DNA of 53,289 nucleotides from Nitrospira japonica. Lineage in GTDB: Bacteria > Nitrospirota > Thermodesulfovibrionia > Thermodesulfovibrionales > SM23-35. Every line of letters starts with the position of its first letter. Position 1 is the first letter of the stretch. A model generated the notes under the pieces. It was not told where the DNA came from. It was given only the letters and a program-made list of their open reading frames with translations, and did no database searches. The stretch spans positions 1 through 53,289 of the forward strand of contig DYFC01000021.1 in the NCBI GenBank assembly GCA_020725385.1, in the 5' to 3' direction. Shown in pieces: positions 52,521 to 53,289 of this stretch. The position numbers and the translations under genes are program-made.

Positions 52521-52946
52521 CTATGAAACAATCACAATAGTAATATTATTGAAACCTTTTAAGAAAAGATTATGTGCAAGCTCAAGATCATAAGCGCGAC
52601 TTAATGTTCTACCATAGATAAATATTCTGGAATCCTTGGATGCATTTGCAAGATATAACCCATAGAAAAAATCAAATTCTTCAACAGGAAAATTGAATGA
52701 ATTGACAGGTCTATCCTCTAAAAACATTTCGTGTGGTCTTGCATCAAAAACAAAACAATCATAAGAATCGCATCTAAAACCTTCAATTTCTTTTAAGCTT
52801 ATGCTTTTATATAAGTCTGCATGCAGATAACTTGGTATTAACTGAATTTTATTAGTTCTAAATAAATTTATAATAAAAGACAAAACAACACTGATAAATA
52901 TTACCAGTAAAATATCGCATAGCAGTATTTTTGTCTTCTTTAGCAT
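52521..52946 (-). CDS. membrane-anchored rhodanese-like domain protein lacking the catalytic Cys
   Basis: N-terminal transmembrane helix, FVFDARP; IFIYGR where active rhodaneses have IxYC. Confidence 0.6.
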   Translation of the reverse strand: MLKKTKILLCDILLVIFISVVLSFIINLFRTNKIQLIPSYLHADLYKSISLKEIEGFRCDSYDCFVFDARPHEMFLEDRPVNSFNFPVEEFDFFYGLYLANASKDSRIFIYGRTLSRAYDLELAHNLFLKGFNNITIVIVS

Positions 52947-53289
52947 ATAATAAGAAATTGAATAAGCATATTTGCAATAATATAACCTAAAGTCTCATTT
53001 ATAATCAAGCTTTTGCTAATTTAAAATTATTAAATAAACAATATATTTGGAGTTTTTCTACCATCTTGCTCCATTGTAAAGATTGATTATAAATTCATAA
53101 TCACAGGAGCTTATTGGAAGTTTTTTGTTAACCCGAAAAATGCATTTGAAGTAATGCAGATGTTGCGAAAAAATTTATTTTTCGATACCTTAGTGTACGT
53201 TTAAAGATGATTTGCCATGAACTTTTTTATGTATAACCAAAAAATATCTTTTGATATAAAAATCATCGAGTTAAATAAATTTTTGAGCA

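Noticed and set aside
1-53289. CRISPR array, rRNA, prophage or UGA-containing selenoprotein genes
   Set aside because: No regularly spaced repeats, rRNA-like segments or phage genes were seen. The candidate redox proteins (YedF, DUF3343, rhodaneses, TlpA, MauE) are uninterrupted and use Cys codons.

Overview
Low-GC (roughly 30%, estimated by eye) chromosomal window. Gene content and order suggest an anaerobic Nitrospirota/Thermodesulfovibrionia- or Desulfobacterota-like bacterium (inference). From left to right: (1) the tail of an integron-type cassette array (PIN toxin-antitoxin, YdhR-like protein, SAM methyltransferase, each followed by an attC-like site); (2) a glycosyltransferase/rhodanese/beta-barrel island; (3) secA-diguanylate cyclase-MglA and miaB-mtaB; (4) a clear dif site at 18447-18474, with the KOPS motifs I found all pointing to it, so the window probably spans the replication terminus; (5) a DUF3343-yedF-cysteine desulfurase operon converging on selB; (6) housekeeping blocks (dksA, gcvH-lpdA, glycogen genes, hslVU-xerC, purC, rpsU-dnaG-rpoD, leuC, a divergent two-subunit biotin carboxylase). 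The most unusual element is the tRNA directly upstream of selB. It has a tRNA-Sec body (8/5 acceptor/T fold, 6-bp D stem, long variable arm) but cysteine identity elements (GCA anticodon, U73). This points to a SelB-linked non-canonical Cys/Sec decoding or tRNA-dependent sulfur/selenium system. All calls come from motif reading by eye; no searches were run.
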